From contig CM022671.1 of the NCBI GenBank assembly GCA_012295275.1, forward strand, positions 9,858,001 through 9,922,000: a stretch of DNA of 64,000 bases. Reading direction: 5' to 3'. Shown here piece by piece: positions 50,501-64,000 of the stretch (its first letter is position 1; the number at the start of each line of letters is the position of its first letter). The notes below the pieces were generated by a model that was not told where the DNA came from, searched no databases, and saw only the letters and a list, made by a program, of their open reading frames with translations. Origin of the DNA: Chrysomallon squamiferum (taxonomy: Eukaryota; Animalia; Mollusca). Both the position numbers and the translations under genes were made by a program.

Positions 50501-53500
50501 ACTCTGATACAATCACATTCTAAAAATATAGTAATAATAAAAATAAAAATAAATCAAAATAGAATTCAAAAGTGAACTTTTTATTGTTTTAAAACAAATT
50601 CAGAGAGGTTACAAAACCTGAATTAGCTGTCGTCTCACTCCAATGAATGTATTCCCAGTCCCACCAGCTAACTGTACCCCGCTTGTCTGTTGGTCGTAAT
50701 TTCCACCCATCTGACTTAGTCGAGATCTGTAAATAAAACACTATAAAATTAAAAGTAACTTTTTATATATCTGAACACTGTAAAAAAAAATTAATAATAA
50801 TAAAAATGACAAGTAAAATTTGAAAAGCTTACAATAAAACTGATATGAAATTAAAACTATACAAAATATATGATTCTAAGAAACAAATATTTTAAAAATT
50901 AAATGTATAATCCATTCATTTCAACTGAGTTATTTTGCCATTTTGTTTTGTAATTTGTTTATACACATAAATACTAATACTGAAACCTTATATATGGTAT
51001 TTCTGCCAAAGCAACTTGTAATTTGGCTTCTTTGCTTCTTGCATGATCTTTAAATATTTGTAGCACAATGGTGTATCTATGTTTGAAAACAAGAAAGCAA
51101 TACTATAAATGTTATTAAACACAGAAACAAAGATGTTTATTATTTTCAGAGATGGTTACTTCTTTTCTTTTCTTTTTTTTTATATATTTAGTGATCACAA
51201 AAAAATATTAGACAAACAGAGAAGATATCAATATCTTTTATTAATATAGTAACAGAGTTTAGAAAACATTATACATTACAAGAAAGAGGAAATTTTGGTA
51301 ATACTAATCTTCAGACATAAAACAGAAAAGCATAAAAAAAAAAAAGAAAGAAGAAAACCAGAATCTATTGAGTAAGCTAAGGATTACTAAACAAAAACAA
51401 AAAAGAATTTAAAACAAATTAAAATTAACTATTTTATTTATTTATTTATTTATTTATTATTATTATTAAAAAGTTAAATATGTAAAGATTGTCATCCAAC
51501 CTGTCAAATACAGGCACAGCCCACACCTGCTGTAGTTTGAGAAACTGATCAGATTTTAGTTGATCAACACCAATCAGAACTGCACTAATACTGGGAGTAG
51601 CTGTGATTTGTTCTGTTAGTCTTGAAAAAGTCAATGGTGAAAATATTTGACTTGTAACTGGCAGCTTAAGCGGCACCACAGTCTAAAGTAATAAATACTG
51701 AATTATTAAAGAGCACCAGTTCTTATATTTATAATGTACCATAGAAATTTAGGAAAAACATTTTCATATGCAGGACATGAAAAATGTACCTTTGAATCAT
51801 CTTACTGAATGTTGTGATTCTATTTTCTAAGGTTTCATTATATAATAACAAGCACATTGATCTTTTCAACAGTGTTTGGTGACAAAGTCTACAGATGATT
51901 TCTGATTCGCACAACATCTGGCTGACTGAATACCTGCCCAGTGCAATGACTTGCTAGTTTACTGCTGTGAAAATGATCCCAATACATTATGGCACAACAG
52001 TGACACCCACCACTGAAGTTCATTTCCAAAATATCAGTTCTGAAACCTAATCAAAATATTCTAAGTAGTGAAATAAAATAATGATCATCATCATTCAACT
52101 TTCAAGTCACCTGACTGATGGAGTTTAGACAGGAAATAAAAAATGAATTTTGTTTTATATCATGCACATTAAATAGAGATTATCATTATTATTGTTATTA
52201 TTATTATTATTATTAATTCAGTTCTACTTTGGTGTATGATCTACTTGCTTATTTTAATTATTATATATTTATAATTTATAGGAACAAAGGATAAAAGGTA
52301 TACAAATATTAATAATTTTATTGATGAATAGAGCAAACATCTGCTAGAAACGCAAGAAAAATATCTCCGTTTTTTCCTTTTCTTCGAACTTCCTTCATTT
52401 CTCCACCACAACGATGATATGGTGCAACATTTTCTTCATCATCTACAAGGCCTTTGTTCATAAAAATGCAACTGCCTTCATCTTGTCAATGATCACATTT
52501 TGTAAAAATTCTTAGCAAACATCTTACAGGTTCTTTAGAAATTGAAAAGTAAAAGAACAGGCAAAATCACAGATGAACTACCAAATCATATATCAATTCA
52601 GAAATGAAAAATGCCTACTTTATTCTGATCCCAGCTAGGTCAAATCTGTTGTATTTATAGAAATTTCCTAGATCTTTTTTTTTTGCTGTAGATCTCCCTT
52701 AAAGTTGTAGATCACAAGCCAAACTAGTTTCATGAAGCATAGATCATATGCCAAAGTAACACCATTATTTCTATGTAACAGAACTCTGAAATGCTACCTT
52801 TTTCACAACTTTCCATTTAGGCAAGGTTTCAACAAGTGCACAGTTTTCGGCAAGTTTCATTTCTGCTCTGAAGAGTGATATTCTATCTGGCCCTGATTTT
52901 AACTCTGAAAAAACGAAAAAGAAATTGGAAAACAAAAAAACAAAACAGATAAAAATAAAATATTTACAGATTACAAGAGTAATTACATTTAATAAACAAT
53001 ACCATTTTAAAACAGAATCATGCAATCAGAAGAATCTGGATAAAAAAGTTGGCCTCTTTTTCTTGTGACTGATTTTAATATTACAAAGCTATCATGGAAT
53101 CCAACACTGTCAGTTTCATTTACTATATCACAATAGCATTCAATTATAATTCAAATTATTGAATGCTGTATCATGAATTGTAATGGCATTAACAACAACA
53201 ACAAAAAATAAAAAAATAAATATATAAAACTGCCTCTGATTCACTTTTATAAATATATTTACTACCTGCAAAACTTCACCTACTTAACAATGAATTCTAA
53301 AGTAGAAAATGTACTAATATTTTTATGGGAGATGTTACAATCTTTATTGAAACATATGAAAGTCTAAAACTAAATATTTCATTTCAAATATTAAATTCTG
53401 TAGAACTCTGAAAAACCTGAACTGAAATCAAATACTTTTTGAGATGCTAGAAAGTGGTTAAATGTTGCTTTGATTACCATACAAATTATACTCAACAAGT

Positions 53501-54109
53501 AAACATACGTGGCTGAATGACAAACACTTGATGACCATTGTTAGGGATGCTGCAAATCTCATGTAAAAACTGGTTTTGTTTTGAATCATTTAGAAAATCC
53601 TCATCCAGCTGATCTAAGTAATAATTAAAAGAAAATGTGTATTAATCAATTACGATAATTACTTGTTTTCAATAATTTAGAATTAAAACAATTTTTTCAT
53701 TTTTCTTTTTTGGGTCTTAAATAATTTGTTTTCCATCAGCAGTATCATTAATTATTGTTTTAAATTATAATTATTATTATTTAAAAAAAAATAATAATAA
53801 AATAATAATAATAATAATAATTATTTATTTACACAGTATTATAAAGCAAAACAAATATTGGTGTTTTGAGTTGTTTTTTTTCAAATGAATTCTTTAGTTA
53901 ATATTTTAGAATTCAGTCAAAGGTGAATCTAAGAATCAGACTGTCTTCTTATATGATTAAGAATAAATAAATCTGAAGTTTGTAATACCTTGAGAACTAG
54001 AACAAATTTGTTTAAAGCTCCTTATATTGTCCTGTACTGAGCAGCAAACTGCACTCAGATGTCTAAATCTCACCAGAATGGAGACTGAGAAAAGCTGCTT
54101 CATGATCAT
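47509..54109 (-). CDS. GTPBP6: Putative GTP-binding protein 6 (mitochondrial HflX-family GTPase), 11 coding exons, about 495 aa
   Basis: Exons 54109-53989, 53613-53509, 52904-52798, 51682-51501, 51076-50987, 50726-50618, 50245-50125, 49724-49516, 48985-48840, 48654-48493, 47644-47509. All introns are GT-AG and phase-consistent (1488 nt in total). Motifs: VFDRYTIVLQIF..HARSKEAKLQVALAE, G1 VGYTNAGKT, G2 LFATLDVT, G3 DTVGF, HVRDISHP, G4 NKVD, G5 SATTGKG, C-terminal WLYKEATV. The N-terminus resembles a mitochondrial presequence. Confidence 0.95.
48030..48317. repeat. 33-bp minisatellite, about 9 copies, in the last GTPBP6 intron
   Basis: Unit CAGTCAGTGCTAAAAACACTTACTTCTGTAGTC. Confidence 0.97.
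52344..52490 (-). mobile_element. Possible Merlin/ISXO2-like transposase N-terminal relic in a GTPBP6 intron
   Basis: The minus strand reads, across a frameshift and stop, KAVAFL*..KGLVDDEENVAPYHRCGGEMKEVRRKGKNGDIFLRF*. This resembles the Zn-ribbon N-terminus of Merlin transposases from memory only. Confidence 0.35.
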
Positions 54110-55165
54110 CCCAGCTTATATTACACTGATATGCAATAGAGATATGACCAAAATGAAGGTATGGCTTAAAAAAAAAAAAAAAAAAATTACAAATATGCAG
54201 ACAAATAAAATAATAAAAGGAAAACTAAAATATATATAAAAAAAAAAAAAAAAAAAAAAAAAATAAATAAATAAATAAATATAAATAAATAATAACTGTA
54301 ATATAATTTTAGATTTCCAGAAATTAAATATTCCCAAAGACTATATTAATATTATGACTTTTACTGTAATGATAATCCTTCTTAATTATTAATCTTTACA
54401 AAAAATGCTTTTTTCTTTTTTCTTTTTTCTTTTTTTAATTGTCAAAGGAAGATATTCTCTCTATACCAGTTAAAAGAAAACCAATCCCAAATGTAAAAAA
54501 AAAAAAATAATAATAATAATAAATGAATATGAAGATATCTATAAAGTATAATACTATTAATAGTGTAAAAAATTTCGCATTTCAGTTTTCAAAAATCCAC
54601 TTTCCAGAGAGATGGTTATCAAATTTTCATTATCTATTCAATGAACAGTTATTTCTATGAAAACCTTAACAGAGGTCGACTTACTGAATTATATACATGT
54701 AATGATGTATTATGTTTTAGGCCTGTTTCAATCGATAGATGATCATGAAATCATTCCTGAGTAAGAGTTCTCGTTCGTGAGCAAGTTATTTTTCTATTGT
54801 TTTGATGTTTACTTCTGCAGAAGACCATACAGAATTATCGTTCCTGAAGGGTTATTTTTTTACGAGTCGGGCACAATGGTTTCACTTCAAATGGCTATTA
54901 AACAATAAAGAAGATAAGTCTAAATGGTTCGTTTAAAGAATCTATTCAGCGTAATCGACCGTTTCCGGGTTTACCAATGTTTTTCTAATACTCAGTTGTC
55001 ACATTTACTTATTTCCGATACGCTTTATTTTCGAATTTTCAAGTACGTCTCTTTAAGAAATTCCACTTACAAAATAAGGTGATATTAGATCTGATTCTGC
55101 TTTGAAACGTACAGTAAATTAGCGTAACATTTTGAGGTTGTGGAATTCGCCACAGCTGGAAACTA

Positions 55166-55215
<50 letters not shown>

Positions 55216-57632
55216 TAGCTTATATTCTTTATCATTATCTTACTCGGAGTTGCTCGTTTAACTCCGTAAATACTCTGTATTCGTAGTTTAATCACAATTA
55301 AAGGCATTCATAAATATATATAAATAAAAATTCCAAACTGTTTAAGTGTTTTATCAAAAGAAAGAATTCAGGAATTATTTTGTAATATCAATATTATAAA
55401 TATATTTTCAAAGTTGAGTGTTCACATATCGATCCCAGAATCATTACCCATTGACTGGTGACTTCGTCAAACTATTGTTTGCCTGTTGGTTGGACCTGGT
55501 GGTGATGGCTGGGTCCAAAAAATCGTAAAGATATTACCATTGAATGGGAACGTAAGAGTGTCCACACCAAAGTTTAATTTTGTTTTGTTTTCGTTTTTGT
55601 CAGTCGTAAAATCGATAACCTTAAATAAAAGAACGTGTGTCTTTTTAAATATTGCTAGTAAGCACATTATTTTTTATTAGGTACTTTTTGGGCATAAGGA
55701 GAAGTGAAAAAAAATATACACTCCTGCCAAGTCTTCTTTGGATTTGTCATGTACTAAGTTTGGTGTATTTTATGCAGATTTTGAGCTCTTATTTTGTTAA
55801 GCCAGTCCTGGAAGATTGGCAAACCTCTTGCAAGTAGTGCATTTTGGTGGAATGCATTAATCGATTTGTGCTGACACAAGGAAAAACATTTGGTACATTA
55901 GATCTAGAATTGCCTAGATTCCATTAAATCTTTAATTAATTTTTGAAAGAAATCATCATTTTATAATAAATTTTAAATATGTAAATGTAATTATTACATT
56001 TAGCATGGCTCTTTACACTGTGATTTATATACTTTTAATTTTTATTTTTAATTTTTTTTACTCTTTAGTTTTATATCAAGTTTTCAAATCTGTGTCTAAA
56101 TAGCCAATCTGTATTTTGTGCTGGGTGTCATTAATTATTCATTCATTCCAGTTAATGGTGAAGATTGTCTTCAAGTTCTGTTTGTCCCACACATTTAAAT
56201 AAATAAAAACAACTCCCAAAAATAACAAAACATCCGCAATCTTTTGATTGATTCTTTCCATTAAATGAAGATTTATATTAAAATATGTGTAACAAACAAC
56301 AAAAATACTGAAGATGAAAAACAGGTTTTATTAAATCACCGAAAGTAATAAAAGATACAGTATTTAAAAAAAAAAAAAAAAAGACTAAACAAATCTTAAT
56401 AATATTTCACTATCTTCACAGTTCTAAATGTATGTATTACAGAGATAGCTACATATATATATATATATAGGTTCTTCCTTTTCTATGTAAACAGATCAGA
56501 CATTTTCTAAAAATATTTCCTGATTGTATTTAATTATTCTATGCATGAGAGCAAGAATATTTTCACAACTTGTTATTGTAATTTAGACAGTCAACAAAGT
56601 TTGTTTCAGTTGTAGCAGAATTTTCATTTCAATAGTGAATATTGAAAACAAACTACTGAACTACTATATTTAATGCATCCTCACTGTCGCAGATCTGAAC
56701 CATATTTCAGTTTGTTTCATGCATAGCAGTAGACATTTTTATCTTTCCAACTGATTTTTGAAAGGATAAATTGTAAATGAAACAGGAACAAAATTTAATA
56801 ACATATCTCAACATTTGCAGAGCATTCAGTTACTAAATATGTGATACACTGTCACTTGTGTCAGTTTTATACTTGTTTTTGTTTGCACTCTGAGTATTTT
56901 AATTCATATGGATTAAATTGCCCATAAGATGGTAAGTTTATTAAAAGCAATAAAACCTAGCAATAATAAGGCAAAAGCTTGACCCAGTCATCAGTAATGC
57001 AACAAATATATAAAATTTGGATTCCATTTGACAAAAAATAGTTTACTGTTTCCAATAAAAGAATGTCTAATGAAGGCATGGTAAAGATGGTATGAATAGC
57101 AATTCCTGCATGTTGTTTCTCTTGAGACAGCCAGAAAAATTGCATTAAGAATGCATTTACATATTTGCCAAGTCTATTAGCTTCCAGCATGCAGAATAAT
57201 TGTTGAAACCATATTACCTGTCCAAAAATACAGTCCATTGCAAATTATGTGTTTATCTGTCACTACAGAGATAAATATACAGAACAAACTTCAGAACTTC
57301 ATTTACAAGTTAAAATCCATCTAATATTTGTCAAAAATTATAAGAGGATGAGGTATGTGTAGTGATCATGGATTTAAAATCAAACATGCCAAGTTACACG
57401 AAGAAAGCTTTAACCATTTTAATGCAGTTTTCCACATAACATGAAGCAGGATTTTCAACTCTCAATAACAACAAAACCAACAAAAAAAAAAAAAAAAAAA
57501 AAAAAAATAATAAAAAACAGATTACACTGGTTCCAAAAAAAAAAAAATGATGATTTCTCTATCTCAAGTCACTCAACAATGTGTTTCACTATATATTCTC
57601 TAGCTTGCTTTAGTATCAGAAGTATGTTTAAT

Positions 57633-57755
57633 ATGGAAGTTATTCATAGCAATAAGGGTGATAACAAAATCTGTTATGAGGGGTTCATGTATACCAAACA
57701 TGCAACTCACAAAACAAAGTTGTAGTGGAAATGCGTCAAAAGATCTAGTTGTAAT
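57633..57755 (+). mobile_element. FLYWCH zinc-finger fragment (MULE-type transposon relic) with an internal stop
   Basis: MEVIHSNKGDNKICYEGFMYTKHATHKTKL*WKCVKRSSC shows the FLYWCH pattern S.KG..K....GF.Y...W.C....C; TAG at 57723-57725. Confidence 0.7.
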
Positions 57756-58233
57756 TGGCAGAACATCTTCATGGTACTGGGTGGAGCATCCGCCTAAACC
57801 AGTAACATTAAAATAAAAAAACATTAAGAAAATGTGGTTGATCTATTTTTCATTTCTCTTATTTTTCTTAATCTTAAATTAAAACAAGTTTCATCTAATT
57901 ACTTGAGACGTTTACAAAAATTAACCAAACGATATTGATTAGAGCTGTTTTATTGACAAAAATGAATGATAGAAGTTAGAAGTTAAACATATTACAAAAT
58001 AATATTTCTTAACAATATAACATCCTAGAGATTTACTTACAAAAAATAATACTTTTTTAATGGTGTTTCCCTGCTGTCACTTGATACTCGAGAAAATTGA
58101 GTGAAGCTGGCTAGGGAAGATGCTAATTTCACTGAACGCTTTTTAAAACCTATAATTTAATTACCAATGTACTCCCAAACACGAGGATAGTAATATCACT
58201 CTTATGTGTCTTGAATAAAAAATGTCTTTGATG

Positions 58234-58850
58234 TAGGGTAAGGTGGGGTAAATCTGGCTCCCACATTCATGATGTATTTTTGTCCTCAAAATTGTTGTAC
58301 TGATTATTACTATGTAACCATTCTTTACTACTAATAATAATTAGTCCTAATCATAATATAAGTCAGATTCAAAACTTCAAACAACTAAATTCTTTGACAA
58401 ATATGACACAAGAATACAGTATCTTTCAAGTTTGCACCAGCTGGGATTTCGAAGTTTGTGTAAGGATCAAGACAACACTAATTTAGGCACCCATCACATC
58501 CTATGAACTCGTCAGAATTCATTCCATCATAAACTCAGCCACAGAGTTCACATTTTTCTTGTGTATCTACTACATCTCTGTCTTCTAGTTCAGGCTCATC
58601 ACCATCAACGTTTTCTTTGACTACATCCACTGGTTCTGCTGTAGCATTCAAACTGAACTTCCATTCTGACTTTGGTTTCTTCTTCTGTTTTTCTGCTGTT
58701 GTAGTTTTGCCTCTCTCACCTTTGTTTTGTTTGCCTTTTCATCCTCCTTCTTCATACCTCTTGACACAATCTTCTTCTGTTAGTGTCTCGGTATACCTCA
58801 TCCTCTTGAATTTATTTGAAGTTTGACAACATGCCCTATCAGATGGACCG
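58234..58850 (-). mobile_element. 3' end of a decayed pogo/Tigger-like transposon: Lys-rich linker, PHD finger and terminal repeat
   Basis: Minus strand 58845-58385 reads KQKKKPKSEW...QEKCELCG*VYDGMNSDEFIGCDGCLN*CC...VFLCHICQRI* (PHD Cys spacing, 3 internal stops). TA|GGGTAAGGTGGGGTAA at 58234-58251 resembles a pogo-type terminus. Confidence 0.6.
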
Positions 58851-61398
58851 TGAACTTTCAGTTGTTTAAATTAGAATTAAAAATATTTATATAAATACTT
58901 AAAAGTTCTGTTTTTCCTTATGGAAAACAGTAATAAAAAGAAACCTTTTCAGTTTTAACTTTTATTTCCTTTTTAAATTTAAATGTTAATGATAATTTAA
59001 GCCATTCCTATAGACTTGAGAATACTTTATTTGTAATGTATTCCAGAAACATGAATTCGTATTATTTATCTGAATTTGTTTTTTAATTAAAAACGAAAGA
59101 GGAGAATTCTCTTTTAATTGTAGCCTTATATCACCTGTCAGTTCTTTGTGTATGCTTATACTGTTTTTTCATCTGGAGCTGTTAGTCTGACAAGTCATTT
59201 TGTCAGAATGCAAACTGATCAAAGAGTTCCTTGCTAGTGGCTAGTCAGTCATTTGACATTTAACTTACGAACCGCTATTACAAGGTTTAATATTTTTGAG
59301 GTGTCCTGCATAGGAACATTTTTGGTTTAAGCCTCATGTGTTTGTGCATGGTTACTAATGTGTGTCAGTGTGTGTATGTATTAATATTTTGGTGATGCTG
59401 CTGATGGGGCATCTGTCCACCTGGTGGGTCACTCCTGTCCAGTGTTCTTGGACTGGGAATGTTACACATGGGGAATATTTCATCATGGATGGTCAATAGA
59501 TGCTGGGATTGTCATCAAATTGCACTGTTGAATTTCAGTGATAAACATGGAACACACACATAGAAAGATAGACATGTATGCATGCATGCATGCACACAAA
59601 AACACACATGCACACTCATACACACATATTCACAAATAAACCTACACACGTACACATAAACAGCATACCCCTGAAAAAATTTATGAAGAAGAAAAAAAAA
59701 AAAGCTATGTTATCAAACTGTTCTAATTTAAATTTATACATATTTTTATAAACTTTAATATATTGTGGGGAAAGCATATATCATACACTTGTGACCATTT
59801 GGACAAGAAAAGTCTCTGATCAAAGATTACTTTCTCACTCAAATCTTAACATCATTTACATCCTTAATTTTGACTCATGATTTGAACATCTCAATTCCAA
59901 ATGACAAAAAGAAAGATATATTCTTCATATTTTTTTCTAGTGATAAACAACGTCATATTTAGATACACTTGGAAATATATCTAAATATATCTAAATTAAT
60001 ATATGGCTATTACTAGTCATCCTGTTTAAAAAAAATAATAATGGTGTACTCTTATTATATTATAAAACAATAAATATCTGAATAAAGTATATAACTGAAT
60101 TTATCATTTGTAAATTTTACTATATTTAATTTTCAAGATTTGTAATTCTTACATATTATGTCTATTTGATAATTTGACAGAACCTTCTCTGAAGAATTTA
60201 AATGTCTGTTATCAGGATCATTTAATAATGTTTCTATTTTATGTTTTAGCTCTGTAAAATATTAATACCCAGATTACAAGTGTTCATCAGGCATCAGCCA
60301 TTCTTGTGAGAATCATACCTAGCACATTCATTCAGAATGATTTTGCAAAAGCATCATCTTCTTTCTAATTTGAATTTAAAGATCATCAGAAATTATGTTA
60401 TCATTTTATCAATGATTAAAAATAAAAAATTTAAATAAGGTATATGAAAGACATTATTTTAAGAGTAAAAATGATTATGGCATTTTTGCTGAATTTTTGT
60501 TTGATGAAAATGAAGAATGTCAATTTCCAAACCTGTTTTCCCATGTTCTCAGGTTTTTGTTAGTGATATGGCAAAATAAAATACAACTACATAATTGCCA
60601 AAGAAATTTTATTCATGAAACAGTTTTCAGGAAAGTTGTTTAGGTTTATAGTGACCAACGACCATATACAAAATGTGTGGGGATCACTTAAGTTATTAAT
60701 ACGAATTCTGTATATTGCCAACAGAACCATCTAGAGCAACAAAATGTATAAGTTAAAGAGAATTGTGAAATCTGGCAACTGATATGACATCCAGCTACTT
60801 AATTATAACTAATTATTGGAAGAGATATTATTAAAATTTATGCTGCACACACTATTTTAAGTAAAACCTTTGACATAAGGATAATTTAAATCTGGTAACT
60901 GATTTTAATTCAAATTTATCTAGCAATAAGGTATGTGTACTGATTCAGAGAATGAGGAATCACCGTACAATCTTCACTGGGAAGGACAAAATAGTTATTG
61001 AAAAGAACTGACCCTCATCAGAAAACACACTGTGAACGTATTGAGAAACAGCAAGCAGTGTTAATAATAAATTAATCTATAAAATCATGATGATGATGAT
61101 GATGATGAAGCAAAAAATATAGGTAAAGTAATAAGATTAACATACATGAAGCTTGGTGACTGATTTATTATAATACATTTGATGTTTAACTATAATCCTC
61201 TGCAATACATAAATTTATATAATCCTTGGAGGCCACTCTAGAAAGGTGTTGCCGGTATTAATAAAAATGTATATTTAATCATGAGGCTAAAGACGGCAAA
61301 AATAGCCTAAATTTTAAAACTGAACAGTTTATGATTTTACGATAAAAAGGTGATACTGAATACAGTGTACTGTTTTCTAGTACAGTGTCTTATGTTTA

Positions 61399-61680
61399 GG
61401 CATTAACTCTAAATATATCATTGAACATCTCTCACACAAGGGCGGTAACTCCAAATATATCGTGAACATCTCACACAAGAGCATTAACTCCAAATATATC
61501 AGTGAACATCTCTCACACAAGGGCGGTAACTAAATATATCGGCGAATATCTCTCACACAATGGCGATAGCTCTAAACATATCGGTGAACATCTCAAACAA
61601 GGGCGGTAACTCCAAATATATCGTGAACATCTCTCACACAAGGGCGGTAACTCCATATCAGTAACCATCTCTCACAGAAA
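61399..61680. repeat. Minisatellite of about 41 bp, 7 copies
   Basis: Unit GGCGGTAACTCCAAATATATCGTGAACATCTCTCACACAAG. Confidence 0.95.
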
Positions 61681-63889
61681 TAACCGTTTATACGCGAAAT
61701 GATGAAGAATTTGACATCGATGTAGACAATGAGGATAGATGAGCAGACTGCTCCGCAACCGATTCATCCGCAATATCCTTTCAGTTATTTCTGTAGTTTT
61801 TTACATTTTGCATTATATGTATTAGCATTTGTGTGTAGTGTGCCCGCAATTTTTTGTAAGGCTTCAAGTGTACCCCGACTTCTAAAAGTTTGGGAACCAC
61901 TTATTTATACTTAACTGTTTAGTTTAAATTTGCTAGTACTGCATATTTCACTATTATTCTTTGCCACAATTTTTCTTGTCACAGTATTGTATTAGTTTTC
62001 AGTTATGTAATTCACTGTACATACAGCCTGAAGAATTGAGCTACAACTTCAGTCACAGAACACGCTTGACAGGTCAATTTATAACATCTATATAACACTG
62101 TTTTGTATCAACAAAGGCGACGAAAGACTTATTAACAGTACAATGATATGTTTTTCATGGTGTGGTTATATGGGATGAAAAAACACTTTCATACAACATT
62201 CGTGTTATTGCTTTAAACAATACATAGAAATAAAAAGAAAATTTCAAAATTTGTATCTATCAGGAAACAATCACAGTAACATCGTCAGACACAAAAAGCA
62301 TGGACCAACAGGAACAATAACTCGTAACGGCACAAATTGCGTCTGCATAAAAAATGGCTCCAGATTTCTCAAATGTAATGGGTACAACTATGCGTGAATG
62401 TTCTTTTCTGATTGGTTCTGACACGAGAAACACTGCCAATTAGAAAAGTTAATACATTAATCTTATACATTTTTTTATAATTTCAGTTTATTATGCACGC
62501 ATTTGCACAATAATAATCCAGTTTGAAAAGTTTGATTAAGTTGAAAACGTAGTTAGGAAAGGTGTTGTACATCTTGGTTTAGTAATATAAACAACCATTC
62601 TTATCTTTATTAATGAGAATCACAAAAATTAAGAAAATGGACGTAAAATGTTTGAAGTTGATAGTTTAAAACCAACTATGTGACGATTTTCGTGAAATTC
62701 CATATAGCGGCGTCCGACGCCGGTCAGTGTTTACAAATCTCCAATTCCTTCATGATGCAATCAGTTCTACATGGATTATTAACGTAATTTTTTAAAATAT
62801 ATATATATATATATATATATAGGCATCGGTTATAGAGTAGAAATTATTCTAAAGGTCGAAACTTTTTCTTTTTCTTCTGGTATCTGACTTAATACCACCT
62901 CGTATCCGCTTCGTATTAAGACATCGCCAGCAAACTAAAAAAAAAAAAAAAAAAGAATAACAAAATCATAAACCAAAATTAAAATTTTCAGACACCGGCG
63001 CCTGAATATGAAGATGACTATTCTCATTAGGGAACGTGGCACGTTACTCTGCCAAAACACCATAGTGGACAGTTCTGAGTACGTAGTTGTAAAACAATAC
63101 TTGAAACCATTATAATTTTTATTATTTATTTATTTCCATTTTCAAAGTATTAGAGGTCATATTTACGTCTAAAGAGCAAACTGACCACCTCTTATTTGAA
63201 TGGTCACACTGATACATTCATCATAGTGCTTGATTAAATTTTTTAATAAAGGTCTATCAATCGGCCGTATAAAAACAAATGGTTCAAAATTAATTTTTCA
63301 CCCTTTGTCGTTAAAACAAAAAACATTTATCTACTAAAACCTGTACTATCATGCACGCAAACAATGAGTATTCTATTTCCATTTTTCAAAATTCATTAGT
63401 CCATGTTTTTTAAAACATATTTAGCTCAGACATAAGATAGAAATACCATCTACCAATATTGTAAAATTCCCAAGCAGGTTAATCCTTTCACAAGGTAACA
63501 ACTCTGTTCATCACTGCAATCTTTTCTACGAGTTTCACGTGCATTCGCTAGAATTAGATCGCCATTGACGTTAACGCTAAGAGATTTGATATATGATATA
63601 GTATTACATTTGTGTTTATCCCTGCATCAGGTACCAGTGTATTTCAGACATAATATAATATTTAATTAAATTTTTCTATTTATCCTCTCAATATCTGGCA
63701 TAGTTATTATGCCAATATATTACTCTGATTCAGTTAATTTGTATTGATTCGCACTACATGTGTAATACTACGTTTATCTCTAAGTGTCAGAAGTAATTTT
63801 ACCTTGAAGACGGAGTTAACTTTAATATCATCACCCAACTGTCACTGACACGCTCTGGTAAAAATACAGGGAACATACTTCCCTGGAAG

Positions 63890-64000
63890 AAGTTTACCTG
63901 TTTATTTAAAACTAGAGTACAATGTTTACTTGTATATTTAAACCAGAGTATAGTGTTTACTTGCATATTTAAACCAGAGTACTTGTATATTTAAAACCAG
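63890..64000. repeat. Tandem repeat of about 32 bp running off the window end
   Basis: TTTACTTGTATATTTAAACCAGAGTATAGTG-like units, 3-4 copies. Confidence 0.8.

Noticed and set aside
55400-57300. Divergent plus-strand gene from the GTPBP6 promoter
   Set aside because: Scattered donor and acceptor-like sites, but I could not build a coherent ORF chain.
62709-62721. GGCGTC-C-GACGCC palindrome as a Helitron 3' hairpin
   Set aside because: No properly placed CTRR end and no other Helitron hallmarks.

Overview
AT-rich, microsatellite-dense animal genomic DNA with GT-AG spliceosomal introns; a mollusc or other lophotrochozoan origin is my inference. There is a 200-N scaffold gap at 5395-5594. Main content, read by hand: (1) a minus-strand two-exon gene (10570-7277) for an uncharacterised PTB/PID-domain protein with a long disordered tail, whose reading frame appears broken by about five single-base deletions; (2) a roughly 30-kb stretch (11-41 kb) with no recognisable protein gene; (3) a duplicated, decaying cluster of four tRNA-Gly(GCC) copies (41.3-42.9 kb); (4) a four-exon 5' fragment of MTMR14 carrying a stop and a frameshift (44.5-46.4 kb); (5) an intact GTPBP6 (HflX-family GTPase) gene with 11 coding exons (47.5-54.1 kb); (6) transposon relics (a MITE, FLYWCH/MULE-like, pogo-like PHD, possible Merlin), several minisatellites, and diverged paralogous blocks shared by the two ends of the window. 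I found no convincing novel system. The best leads are the multi-frameshifted PTB gene (most likely consensus error or pseudogenisation), the MTMR14 partial copy and the hairpin-rich 69-bp satellite.
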